Virus record (IMG/VR): IMGVR_UViG_3300035070_002282
Span: 1-52,385 of that record
Direction: 5' to 3' (one strand)
Source of the DNA: a virus
Taxonomy: Duplodnaviria; Caudoviricetes
DNA length: 52,385 bases
Each line of letters starts with the position of its first letter. The first letter of the stretch is position 1. This document shows, piece by piece, positions 19,812 through 29,508 of this stretch. The position numbers were made by a program, and so were the translations under genes. Below the pieces are notes generated by a model. It was not told where the DNA came from. It worked only from the letters and a program-made list of their open reading frames with translations, and did not search any database.

Positions 19812-21040
19812 AATTTTATTTTGATCGAAAAAACGAAGTTAACTTGTCCCATGTTGACGAAATTAAAAATGTTCGTCCTTATACTCAACTAGAAAACTAT
19901 TATAAAAAACGGCAAGCTGAGTTTGTTGTTTCTAAAGATTATAATGCAAACGGAATATATCTTGTAGAAACTAGTAAACTAACACATCAGTGGACTAACG
20001 GGCCATTCGATAGCGCTTTCAGCTTAATCAACAATATTCCATATATTACTAGAGTAGGAATTCAAACAGGCGTATTGCGACTTGTAATACTATCTATTGT
20101 TGAAGGTGATTCGTTTGTTAAGCACAACTGGGACGGTTTTCGAGCATTAACTGATCAAGTAAAAGGAGCAAGATTTCCAAAATTTAGTGTACTAGTAGTG
20201 TCAGGAAATGTTAAAGTACAAGAGGAATATGCTAAATGGTGCAAGGATAATAACGAACAACCTTACATTGAATTTATTGGAGGCTGCGAAGGCCCCTATG
20301 CAACTGAAGTTCACCGAGACTGGCAAGATCGTATTGCAAACTCAAAAGCAAGAGACCAACACGATCCTTATATGTTTAGTAGTTTGAATAGAGCGCATCG
20401 CCCTCATAGAACAGAACACTTGTTTGCAATTGCACGTTTAGGATTACTTAATAAAGGATTAGTTAGCGGCGGGATGTATTTTAAACAGCATGGCGTCGGC
20501 AGTCCTAAATATATAGAGACTTCGCCAGACACTTGGCGAAAGTTTTTATTACATAACTATCCTAGGACAGTTGACGTAGACAATTTGCGAGAACTAAACC
20601 CTGCTAACGATATTAATTTGTCTATATACGAAAATGCTATATTATCTATTGTTACAGAAACATTTTTTGAAGAGACAGGTCTGTTTATTACAGAAAAAAC
20701 TTGGAAACCAATTTCAGTTGGTAGTCCTCAAATGGTTCTTGCACAACGCGGTTTGGCAACCTATATAAACAAAAAATTTGGTATTAATATTATTCTTCCA
20801 GGACTTGATCAAAGATACGATACAGCGCGAGATCCTACTGAACGATTTTTATTATTTCACGAGTCATTAGAAGCATGGTGCAAAATGCCGTTTGTACTAA
20901 AACACAAACTATCTGTGATCTGGGACGAACAGTTAATGCGTAACCAACAAATCTTAAAAGATACTGATTTTAAAGAAGTAATTGTAAAAGACATAATTAG
21001 ATCTACTAATGATTACTTTTTACTTGACATCAACGGCTAA
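19808..21040 (+). CDS. putative GT-B glycosyltransferase (GT10-like motif), third paralog
   Basis: 'FSSLNRAHRPHR', 'LSIVTETFF...ITEKTWKPI'. Confidence 0.5.
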   Translation: MKFYFDRKNEVNLSHVDEIKNVRPYTQLENYYKKRQAEFVVSKDYNANGIYLVETSKLTHQWTNGPFDSAFSLINNIPYITRVGIQTGVLRLVILSIVEGDSFVKHNWDGFRALTDQVKGARFPKFSVLVVSGNVKVQEEYAKWCKDNNEQPYIEFIGGCEGPYATEVHRDWQDRIANSKARDQHDPYMFSSLNRAHRPHRTEHLFAIARLGLLNKGLVSGGMYFKQHGVGSPKYIETSPDTWRKFLLHNYPRTVDVDNLRELNPANDINLSIYENAILSIVTETFFEETGLFITEKTWKPISVGSPQMVLAQRGLATYINKKFGINIILPGLDQRYDTARDPTERFLLFHESLEAWCKMPFVLKHKLSVIWDEQLMRNQQILKDTDFKEVIVKDIIRSTNDYFLLDING

Positions 21041-21052
21041 TGAGTATATAAT
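21024..21052 (+). promoter_or_regulatory. perfect sigma70 consensus promoter TTGACA-17-TATAAT
   Basis: TTGACA 21024-29; TATAAT 21047-52; ATG only 6 nt downstream. Confidence 0.85.
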
Positions 21053-21058
21053 TAAACA

Positions 21059-21745
21059 ATGTACGATATTGTCTTTATTAGTTATGGTGAAACATATGCT
21101 GACCACAATTGGGATCTACTAAAAAGTAAATTTCCAACAGCAAAGCGTGTTGACGGCGTAAAAGGAATACACCAAGCACACATTAAAGCAGCAAAAAAAT
21201 GTTTTACTAAAATGTTTTGGGTAGTTGATGCAGATGCACAACTTGTAGACGATTTTAATTTTGATTACGAAGTAGATGCATGGAATTTAGAGACAGTGCA
21301 TGTTTGGCGTAGCATTAACCCTGTAAATGGATTAGAATACGGAAACGGTGGGGTAAAATTATTACCCCGTAAACTTACTCTTAAAATGGATCTTACTAAA
21401 CCGGATATGACCACAAGTATATCCGATAAGTTTAAAGTAGTTGAACGCATTTCAAACGTAACTGCATTTAATACAGATGAATATTCAACTTGGCGTAGTG
21501 CATTTAGAGAATGTGTTAAACTAGCAAGTAAAACAATAGACCGACAGGACGAGGACGAAACAAATGAAAGGTTACGTGTTTGGCAAACAGCCAGAAGCAA
21601 TAGCCCTTATGGAAGCTATGCTATTAAAGGCGCTCAGGAAGGTTCTTCCTACGGAAGAGCAAATCAAAACAATACAGAAGCACTTAAACAAATAAACGAT
21701 TACGATTGGCTATATGAACAATTTTCAAAACATACCCTGGGATAA
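21059..21745 (+). CDS. GT2-like glycosyltransferase (paralog of 12873-13766)
   Basis: 'DIVFISY.E', 'FWVVDADA', 'YGNGGVKL', 'WRSAFRECVK'. Confidence 0.65.
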   Translation: MYDIVFISYGETYADHNWDLLKSKFPTAKRVDGVKGIHQAHIKAAKKCFTKMFWVVDADAQLVDDFNFDYEVDAWNLETVHVWRSINPVNGLEYGNGGVKLLPRKLTLKMDLTKPDMTTSISDKFKVVERISNVTAFNTDEYSTWRSAFRECVKLASKTIDRQDEDETNERLRVWQTARSNSPYGSYAIKGAQEGSSYGRANQNNTEALKQINDYDWLYEQFSKHTLG

Positions 21746-22697
21746 TATTACTGAGTTTGGGCAGAAAACCCTCCTAAAGAGCCATCTTTTCACGGTTTCG
21801 TGGATCCTGGCTAGATTTTGTAATTATTCGTGCAGTTATTGCTGGCCATACGCTAGATCTAGTACCCCTGACCACCAAGATCTAGAATTGTACTTAAACA
21901 CCCTCGATAGCATCAAAGCACAGGCTCGTGCAAACGGATTCAAAGATTTTCACTTCTCTTTTAGCGGAGGGGAACCTACAGCATATAAATACTTTGGGAA
22001 GATCATAGATCATTATTGCAGTGATGCAACGCCCGAATACCAAAGTATCCACATGACAACAAATCTTAGCCCGGGAAGCAAATGGTGGAACAAATGGTTA
22101 GAAACTACAAGCAGTCTGCAACGTAGAAGTATAACAGCAAGCTACCATGCAGAGTTTGCTAATGAGCAAGAATTTGGAGACAAGTGCTTGCAACTTATGA
22201 AAGGAGGAACACATGTTACAATCAATCAAGTTATGGTTCCGGAAATGTTCGAAGAGCTTTACGGACGCTTGGAGCGATTTGCCGCCAGAGGTATTAATGT
22301 CACTCTCAAGCCCCAGTCCGATCCATCCGCCAGCTTCGTGGTACATGGATATACAAAAGAGCAAGTGGCAAGAATGCAAACCGGATTCCCACAACAATGG
22401 CAAGGGGAACAAGTTGCCCAAATTGCACTCAAAGACGATCAAGGAGTAGAGTACGAATTAGATCAAGCAGAACGCTTTAATGCGTTTGGATTTAATAAGT
22501 TTAAAGGTTGGACCTGCAACGCAGGCTACCAAGGATGCGTTATACGTGAGAACGAAGTTAAACGCAGCTACAGTTGCCATGATGAACCCTTAGGCACGTT
22601 AGACGGCGGATTTGAGCTGTTTAAAGCACCAGCTAAGTGCATTACTCCTACTTGTGTAAGTAGCGCAGATAGTAAGTTGCCAAAATGCAAAAAATAG
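21714..22697 (+). CDS. radical SAM protein with C-terminal twitch-like domain
   Basis: CNYSCSYC, SGGEP; C-terminal CNAG..SC..C....C. Confidence 0.9.
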   Translation: MNNFQNIPWDNITEFGQKTLLKSHLFTVSWILARFCNYSCSYCWPYARSSTPDHQDLELYLNTLDSIKAQARANGFKDFHFSFSGGEPTAYKYFGKIIDHYCSDATPEYQSIHMTTNLSPGSKWWNKWLETTSSLQRRSITASYHAEFANEQEFGDKCLQLMKGGTHVTINQVMVPEMFEELYGRLERFAARGINVTLKPQSDPSASFVVHGYTKEQVARMQTGFPQQWQGEQVAQIALKDDQGVEYELDQAERFNAFGFNKFKGWTCNAGYQGCVIRENEVKRSYSCHDEPLGTLDGGFELFKAPAKCITPTCVSSADSKLPKCKK

Positions 22698-23971
22698 AAG
22701 CATATGAATATATGAAGACATTTCCTAAACTTGAAAAAGAGTTAGACGGAAATGCAATGTGTGCAATGAAATGGATACATCAATTTGTTAACCTTGAAGA
22801 AGGTATTGTAAAGATGTGTCATAATGTTCCGCACCGTACAATCACTGAAGAAGAAATTAAACTATACGGTAAAGGCATCTTTATGAATCATCCGTATGAA
22901 CAAGAACGCCGCTTGGAAAAGTTAAACAACATAAAGCATTCGGAGTGTAGTTCTTGTTGGAAAAGTGAAAGCAAAGGTGTAAGAAGTTGTAGACTGCCAC
23001 AGCCGTTTTATGATCAGCATAGATCAAGATTCGGCGGCGATAGTATTATGCCTACTCAGCTAGAAATAGTCTTTAGTTCAACTTGCGATCTAAAGTGTAT
23101 ATATTGTTCTAGCAGTTTTAGTTCACAGTGGGATTTAGAAAATAAAAAGTTTGATGTGAATTATAAACCTAGGCCTGACGCACCTCAAGGCTTAGAAGAA
23201 ACATTTTGGCAATGGTTAGAAGAAGATGCAGTAGAACATTTACTGCAATACTATATTATGGGCGGCGAGCCTTTGTTGCAACCAAAAGTATATGACTTTT
23301 TAGAAAAGCTATTAGTGTTGTTAGAAAAACGACCTAATAGATTTAACGTTAAGCCTTCGCTGATTATTATTACAAACGGACATACTCCTAAGATTTATTT
23401 AGACAAGTGGCTGACTATAATTCCAAAACTACAACAGTACATGTCTATTCAAATGGATTATAGTATCGAAGGATATAAAGAACGTGCTGAGTATATTAGA
23501 TCTAATCTTAACTGGGAAAGATTTGTAAACAACTTTGAAAACGTTGCTAGTAAATTTCCAGATATACGATACAGATTTAGTATTACTCATTCTGCAATGA
23601 GTATTACAAGTATTTGTGATTTGTTAAAAACTATAAAATCAATAAAAGATAAAACTAATATCGAAGTTGATTTAATACGTACAAGCATTGCAAATCCAGA
23701 ATATCTTTCACCTTGGATCTTAACTAAGGATTTTTCTAGTTACATAGACGAAACATGTGATTGGATTAAAAATGAAGCACCTGAGTGGACAAGTTACATT
23801 GATCACTTAACTGCAATTAAAAATAGTTTCGGTAATCATACAGCACACGAACTAGCAGAGTTTTGTGCATTTCATGAACGTGTGAAACACCGCCGTGGAC
23901 TTGATGCAGAAGAAATATTTCCTGAGATGCAGGATTGGATTAAGTACTGTAAGGAAGGTGGCAATGTATAG
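22685..23971 (+). CDS. radical SAM protein with N-terminal SPASM/twitch-like domain
   Basis: CDLKCIYC, MGGEP; N-terminal CAMKW..MCH..CSSCW; start codon uncertain. Confidence 0.88.
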   Translation: MQKIEAYEYMKTFPKLEKELDGNAMCAMKWIHQFVNLEEGIVKMCHNVPHRTITEEEIKLYGKGIFMNHPYEQERRLEKLNNIKHSECSSCWKSESKGVRSCRLPQPFYDQHRSRFGGDSIMPTQLEIVFSSTCDLKCIYCSSSFSSQWDLENKKFDVNYKPRPDAPQGLEETFWQWLEEDAVEHLLQYYIMGGEPLLQPKVYDFLEKLLVLLEKRPNRFNVKPSLIIITNGHTPKIYLDKWLTIIPKLQQYMSIQMDYSIEGYKERAEYIRSNLNWERFVNNFENVASKFPDIRYRFSITHSAMSITSICDLLKTIKSIKDKTNIEVDLIRTSIANPEYLSPWILTKDFSSYIDETCDWIKNEAPEWTSYIDHLTAIKNSFGNHTAHELAEFCAFHERVKHRRGLDAEEIFPEMQDWIKYCKEGGNV

Positions 23972-24950
23972 TTTAGATAGTATAAGAGTAGTTCACTTTG
24001 AAGTAACAAGTAAGTGCCAAGCACGATGCCCAATGTGTCCAAGACGGATGCAAGGCGGCCCAATGATGCCATGGGTTACGTTAGAAGAAATTACAATAGA
24101 ACAATTTAAAGAATGGTTCCCTATTAGTTTTATTCAGCAACTAGATAGGCTATTCATGTGCGGCAACTTAGGAGATCCTATTATTGCAAAGGATACAGTG
24201 CCTATATTTAAATATCTTAGAGAGCATAATCCTAATATAAATTTGCAAATGCATACAAACGGCAGTGCTAGAGATGCAAAGTTTTGGCAAGGACTTGCTG
24301 AAACTAATGTAGTTGTTGTATTTGGACTAGACGGGCTAGAAGATACTCACAGTAAGTATCGTATTAATACCGACTTTAACAGAATTATCGAAAATGCAAA
24401 AACATTTATTAATGCAGGCGGCGAAGCTCGTTGGGATATGTTAGTGTTTGATCATAACAAGCATCAGACTGACGAATGTGAAGAATTAGCATATAGCTTA
24501 GGATTTAGCAAGTTTCAAAAGAAAGACTCGAGCAGATTTAAAGATGGAAAATACGTTGTACTTGACGATACTGGTACGCCTATCGATATCCTGTATCCAA
24601 CTAATCGCAGTATAGAGTTTATAGAAAAAGCAGAGACGTCAATCAAGGAAGAAACTCCGGTTATTACTTGTAAGGCAAAGAATAGAAGTGAATTGTATAT
24701 TGGTGCAAACGGTGCAGTAACGCCGTGTTGTTGGATAGATGTAGAATGGTTGCCACCAGTAAGTCCTGAGCGGCAAGACTATATGACAAAGTTAGGGTAT
24801 TTTCCTAATTTAAATAAACAAAGTTTAACTGAAATATTTGAATCACAGTATTTTAATGAAATAGAAAATTCCTGGGGTACAAGTTGCTTAACGACTTGTA
24901 AAAAACAATGTGGAAGTTTTGACAAGTTAGGAGCACAATTTGAAAGTTAA
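23964..24950 (+). CDS. radical SAM protein with C-terminal SPASM/twitch domain
   Basis: CQARCPMC, CGNLGDP; C-terminal C..PCC..C...C; ATG 23964 preferred. Confidence 0.88.
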   Translation: MYSLDSIRVVHFEVTSKCQARCPMCPRRMQGGPMMPWVTLEEITIEQFKEWFPISFIQQLDRLFMCGNLGDPIIAKDTVPIFKYLREHNPNINLQMHTNGSARDAKFWQGLAETNVVVVFGLDGLEDTHSKYRINTDFNRIIENAKTFINAGGEARWDMLVFDHNKHQTDECEELAYSLGFSKFQKKDSSRFKDGKYVVLDDTGTPIDILYPTNRSIEFIEKAETSIKEETPVITCKAKNRSELYIGANGAVTPCCWIDVEWLPPVSPERQDYMTKLGYFPNLNKQSLTEIFESQYFNEIENSWGTSCLTTCKKQCGSFDKLGAQFES

Positions 24951-25545
24951 CATACAAGATGTCCTATTTTGGATGGATGCTATTCGTAACAGCGATGACA
25001 AATACCGCACACTTGAAAGTTTCTGGAAAGGCCAGGTTAACAGTAAGATTTGGCTTGCTAATGCATTACGTGTAAACTACGTTGACGATGACGCTCGTAT
25101 TGTAATATACGGAGGCTGGAACGGTGTACTAGCTAGTATTCTATTCAACAGCAATATGAGCATCGAGCATATTACAAGTGTTGACATTGACGAAGACTGT
25201 CAAGAAACTGCTTACGCAGTTAATAAGAACTATGAAATAGCAGGACGCTTTACAGCAATAACAGCAGACATGTGTACTTACACAGAACCTGCTGACATTG
25301 TTATTAACACAAGTTGCGAACACATTACGCAAGAACAATACGAGCAGTGGTTATCTAATCAGCCAGATGATGCATTGATCGTTTTACAAAGTAATGATTA
25401 CTTTGATCACGACGAACACGTTAGATGTGCAGTAGACGTTAGTGACTTTAGTCGTATGAGTAATATAACTTCATTATGGGCGGGCGTATTGCCGTTGCCT
25501 AAGTACAATCGTTTTATGTTATTCGGATATAAAAAGGAAAGTTAA
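24940..25545 (+). CDS. class I SAM-dependent methyltransferase-like protein
   Basis: 'IVIYGGWNG', 'SVDID', 'ADM', 'VINTSCEH'. Confidence 0.7.
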   Translation: MKVNIQDVLFWMDAIRNSDDKYRTLESFWKGQVNSKIWLANALRVNYVDDDARIVIYGGWNGVLASILFNSNMSIEHITSVDIDEDCQETAYAVNKNYEIAGRFTAITADMCTYTEPADIVINTSCEHITQEQYEQWLSNQPDDALIVLQSNDYFDHDEHVRCAVDVSDFSRMSNITSLWAGVLPLPKYNRFMLFGYKKES

Positions 25546-26846
25546 TGACTGATTCAAAAACATTTTGTCCATTACCCTTTATACATCTAGCAACTCGGCC
25601 TAATGGAGATGTACGAGTGTGCTGTACTGCTAATGCTAGTGGTGCAGGAATATCCGACGACAAAGAAGCAGGCCTTGTTAAAAAAGATGGCATTAATATG
25701 AACTTGCGTGATCATACAATTGAAGAAGTATGGAACAGTGAACAGATGCGCAGCACAAGATTGCAAATGCTTAACGGAGAAGTGCCTGCAAGTTGTACAA
25801 AGTGCTTTGCAGAAGAAGCAAAAGGAATTAAAAGTAAACGCTCTTGGGAAACTGAAGTTTGGCAACAGAGAGTGTGCTTAGATAGCATTGTGTCGTCAAT
25901 GGACAATCACGGTGAATTGCCGGTTGACATTCCTTATTTTGATTTACGTCTAGGTAATATGTGTAACCTAAAATGTATTATGTGTAGTCCGCACGATAGT
26001 TCAAGTTGGATTAAAGATTGGAAACTACAGTATCCTAAATATGATCTTATAGACTTAAAGCAAGATCAAGGATGGGATCCTAATTATGATTACGCTTGGT
26101 ATAAAAAAGGTTCATTTATTAAAAGTGTAAAAAATCAAGCAAAGTATATTAAAGAACTATATTTTGCAGGCGGTGAGCCATTGATGATTCCTGAACACTA
26201 TTCTATTCTTGAATTTATGGTGGAAGAAGGATATGCAAAAAATTGTGTATTGCGATATAACTCAAACGGCACAGATATAAGTGACAGACTTTTAAGTTTA
26301 TGGACATACTTTAAAGAAGTTAAATTTAACTTTAGTATTGATGCTGTAGGCGAAAAGAACGATTACATTCGTTATCCTAGTAAATGGGATAGTTTGCTTA
26401 CTAATATACATAAGTTAGATAATACTGATGACAACGTTACAGTTAATATGGCGTGTGCAGTACAGTTGTTAAATGTAGGCAGTCTAGTAGAATTAGCAGA
26501 ATGGAAACTAGCGCAAAATTTTAAAAAAATTAATCGTGCTCCTTATGGTGCAGGTGTTATAGGACTGCACTTAGTATACTTACCTAGCTATTTAAATATA
26601 AAAGTACTTCCCATAAGTGTTAAGCAACAAGTATCCGAGTCTATAAGTACATTTGCTAACACATATGACACTAAAGAATTTACTACTAACAAATACGGAC
26701 GCGAGCGATGGCTAGGAATGGTAGATTTTATGAACAGTGAAGATTGGTCACACAAACTTCCAGCAGCAGTACGCTACTTAGAAATCTGCGACACAACACG
26801 CCATTTAGATTTTAGAAAAACATTTACAGAATTAAAGGACATATAA
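25545..26846 (+). CDS. radical SAM protein with N-terminal SPASM/twitch-like domain
   Basis: CNLKCIMC, AGGEP; N-terminal FCPLPF..VCC..CTKCF. Confidence 0.9.
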   Translation: MTDSKTFCPLPFIHLATRPNGDVRVCCTANASGAGISDDKEAGLVKKDGINMNLRDHTIEEVWNSEQMRSTRLQMLNGEVPASCTKCFAEEAKGIKSKRSWETEVWQQRVCLDSIVSSMDNHGELPVDIPYFDLRLGNMCNLKCIMCSPHDSSSWIKDWKLQYPKYDLIDLKQDQGWDPNYDYAWYKKGSFIKSVKNQAKYIKELYFAGGEPLMIPEHYSILEFMVEEGYAKNCVLRYNSNGTDISDRLLSLWTYFKEVKFNFSIDAVGEKNDYIRYPSKWDSLLTNIHKLDNTDDNVTVNMACAVQLLNVGSLVELAEWKLAQNFKKINRAPYGAGVIGLHLVYLPSYLNIKVLPISVKQQVSESISTFANTYDTKEFTTNKYGRERWLGMVDFMNSEDWSHKLPAAVRYLEICDTTRHLDFRKTFTELKDI

Positions 26847-27502
26847 TGACCCCACAAGAAATTGAAAGAGGATTACGTTGGCAGAGTCTAGTAAATCTAG
26901 GCAACCAGGTAAAGCTCAAGTGGAAAATTGAAGAGCATCAAGTAGAACAGCAGTTAGAGCAGTTTAAAGATAACTGGTGTCCTTATAATGCTAAGAAAGA
27001 TACACACAATAATAGATGGGGATTACCGGTAACTAGTCATACAGGCGATGTTATGGATAATTACCATCTTAACAGTTTTGGACATATGCAAAAGTACCAC
27101 GACGTTGAGATGAAAGAAGAAAACTTTAATACTCCAACTGAAGTGTATAAACAGATTCCTGACATTGCAAAACTAGTAGATGTGTTTGCTCCTGACATCG
27201 GGCGTGTACATTTATTACGCATAGACCAAGGCGGCTTCTTTCCTCCGCACAGAGACTTTCACGGAACTAGCCCGGAATACTTTAGGTTACTAACTGTGTT
27301 TGGTCGTTGCAGTCCGGAGAACTATGTGCAACTAGTAGACGGTAAGCCGTTGTATCCAGAATCAGGTTATGTTTATTTTACTAATTTTCAATTAGACCAT
27401 AGTGTGTTTAGTTTTAGTGACAACCTGTATAGTCTTATTTTAACAGTAAAGTTAAATGAACGCACACAAAATCTAATACTAAACAATACAATGGCAGAAT
27501 GA
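26846..27502 (+). CDS. Asp/Asn beta-hydroxylase-like 2OG-Fe(II) oxygenase
   Basis: 'GRVHLL.I..GG.FPPHRD...Y..N....HS'. Confidence 0.7.
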   Translation: MTPQEIERGLRWQSLVNLGNQVKLKWKIEEHQVEQQLEQFKDNWCPYNAKKDTHNNRWGLPVTSHTGDVMDNYHLNSFGHMQKYHDVEMKEENFNTPTEVYKQIPDIAKLVDVFAPDIGRVHLLRIDQGGFFPPHRDFHGTSPEYFRLLTVFGRCSPENYVQLVDGKPLYPESGYVYFTNFQLDHSVFSFSDNLYSLILTVKLNERTQNLILNNTMAE

Positions 27503-28401
27503 AACTAACATACGCTGACTCAAAAAAAGAAAACTGGTTTCTTGTTAGCTGGACGCTTGCTAATAAGTGTAATTATCGATGTGACTATTGTCCTTCATTC
27601 TTACATAACGGATCTAGTGGCTGGCCAGAAAAAGAAGACGTTCTTACTTTTGTAAAATCATTTAATTTACCAGGCAAAGAAATTTGCTATAGGATCACCG
27701 GAGGTGAACCAACACACTGGAAACATTTTACAGAATTTGCAAAAGTAGTTAAACAAGAAGGACACTATTTTAGTTTTCTTACTAATGGCAGTCAAAGCGT
27801 AGAGTATTACAAAGAAATTAGTAAGTACACAGATGGCATTATTATAAGCTACCATCCTCAGTATGCTAACGTAGACCACATTGCTGATGTAGCAAACGCT
27901 ATAAGCTGTCCTGTAGCACTTAACTTAATGCTAGTACCAGAGCAGTTTAATGAGCAAGTAAGCGTTGCAGAGCGCTTATATGCGCTCACAGATGCCCTTG
28001 CAATATGGCCTAAGGTAGTAGTAGATAAAACAAGCGTTGATCATATTACTAATGAAGTGAGTAATTATACTGATGAACAAAAGTCAATAATTGCATCTTG
28101 GCCATACTTTAGAAAACTAGACGACAATGTATTACATAGAGGCGAGCTGTTATTAGACGAGGATAAGGTAACAGCTAACGATATAATTATCCGCGAGTTA
28201 AACAATCATAAAGGTTGGAAGTGCTGGGCAGGACTGCATATGATTAAAATTGACATGTATGGTAACTTGTTTAGATCCGAGTGCGAACAAGGCGGCCCTA
28301 TTGGCACATTAACTAGTTACAATTTGCCTACTCAAACAATTACTTGTGGCAAAACTGTATGTGCGTGTTTAAGCGATATCTATCTGCGTAAGGAGCTCTA
28401 A
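27499..28401 (+). CDS. radical SAM protein with C-terminal twitch-like domain
   Basis: CNYRCDYC, TGGEP; C-terminal CWAG..C..C....CAC. Confidence 0.9.
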   Translation: MKLTYADSKKENWFLVSWTLANKCNYRCDYCPSFLHNGSSGWPEKEDVLTFVKSFNLPGKEICYRITGGEPTHWKHFTEFAKVVKQEGHYFSFLTNGSQSVEYYKEISKYTDGIIISYHPQYANVDHIADVANAISCPVALNLMLVPEQFNEQVSVAERLYALTDALAIWPKVVVDKTSVDHITNEVSNYTDEQKSIIASWPYFRKLDDNVLHRGELLLDEDKVTANDIIIRELNNHKGWKCWAGLHMIKIDMYGNLFRSECEQGGPIGTLTSYNLPTQTITCGKTVCACLSDIYLRKEL

Positions 28402-29508
28402 ACTATCGTTAAAACAAAGTACTGCTTGTGCCTTTGTTTTAGTATTATATCCAATTACTTTTATAATGTTGTTGTGAATTATAGGTCTTCCTACTAGCCA
28501 GCTGTCTAAATACTTTTCTTTAACAATAGTACCGTCGACGGATATTTTTAGTATAGGGCAACTAGGAGTACCGCTTGGAAAGAAGTAAGCATGGTTGTCT
28601 AGTGCAATGCCACTCCGATATCTATACTTGCCGCCAAACGACAGCCCAATGTCAAAGCTATAACTTTCCTTGGTAGCAGTGTCAAATACAACGCCCCAGT
28701 TACTATCGTTTGAATAGTCCTCACCGTATGGCAGCCCTATAATTTTTCCATTTACATACACTCCGCAATTATACTTTTTTGCAAAGTCGGGTATGTTTAG
28801 TTTATGCAATTTATAAATATTATGTATAGTGTCGAATTCTACAACTTCGTTAAGTCCTTCAGTTTCGCCAAACGGCAAAGCATACAATGTATTACCTACA
28901 ACAATAATGTCACTATACTTTCTTGTAACAGCATTGTCTATTCCTTCTATAGGATAAGATACAATGTCATTGCCGTTAAAACTTAATAGTAGATTATAGT
29001 CTGGATCATCACCTCTAGGCATACTCCAATATCTGCCGTTACAATAAACAGTGCCCATGTGTAATTTTTTACCAGCAATTGGCAATGGGATAGACGATAC
29101 AGTTTTGTTGATGTACAACCCTACATTAGTATCTTCGTAGCCTAACGGAAAACTAAATCCAGTTGATCCATTAGTTGCCATACTATAAAATTGTCCTTTG
29201 CCTTTAAACGACAACGCATGGTATATAGGTACGCCATTTTTAATTTGCACAACTTTGTTAACTTGATCCCATATACCGTAGGGAATAAACCAAATGTCGT
29301 CTCCAATTAGCTCGCAAGCATTTGTCTTACTAGTTGCATTACCTAAGTCTAACTGTAACTGGTCACCGTTAATATATTTTAATGTTGAGTAGTCCTTACA
29401 TAATTCAGTAGCAAACGGAGGTGAGAATAATTTGCCGTTTGCATCTTGTAGTATAAGATGTTTTATTTCCGCTTCTCTATACCAGTCTTCGAAGGCTTTA
29501 TATTTCAT
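28369..29508 (-). CDS. beta-propeller (Kelch-like) repeat protein
   Basis: Recurring 'IWFIPYG / FSFPLG / WSMPRG / LYALPFG / IIGLPYG / AYFFPSG' blades. Confidence 0.65.
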   Translation of the reverse strand: MKYKAFEDWYREAEIKHLILQDANGKLFSPPFATELCKDYSTLKYINGDQLQLDLGNATSKTNACELIGDDIWFIPYGIWDQVNKVVQIKNGVPIYHALSFKGKGQFYSMATNGSTGFSFPLGYEDTNVGLYINKTVSSIPLPIAGKKLHMGTVYCNGRYWSMPRGDDPDYNLLLSFNGNDIVSYPIEGIDNAVTRKYSDIIVVGNTLYALPFGETEGLNEVVEFDTIHNIYKLHKLNIPDFAKKYNCGVYVNGKIIGLPYGEDYSNDSNWGVVFDTATKESYSFDIGLSFGGKYRYRSGIALDNHAYFFPSGTPSCPILKISVDGTIVKEKYLDSWLVGRPIIHNNIIKVIGYNTKTKAQAVLCFNDSLELLTQIDIA

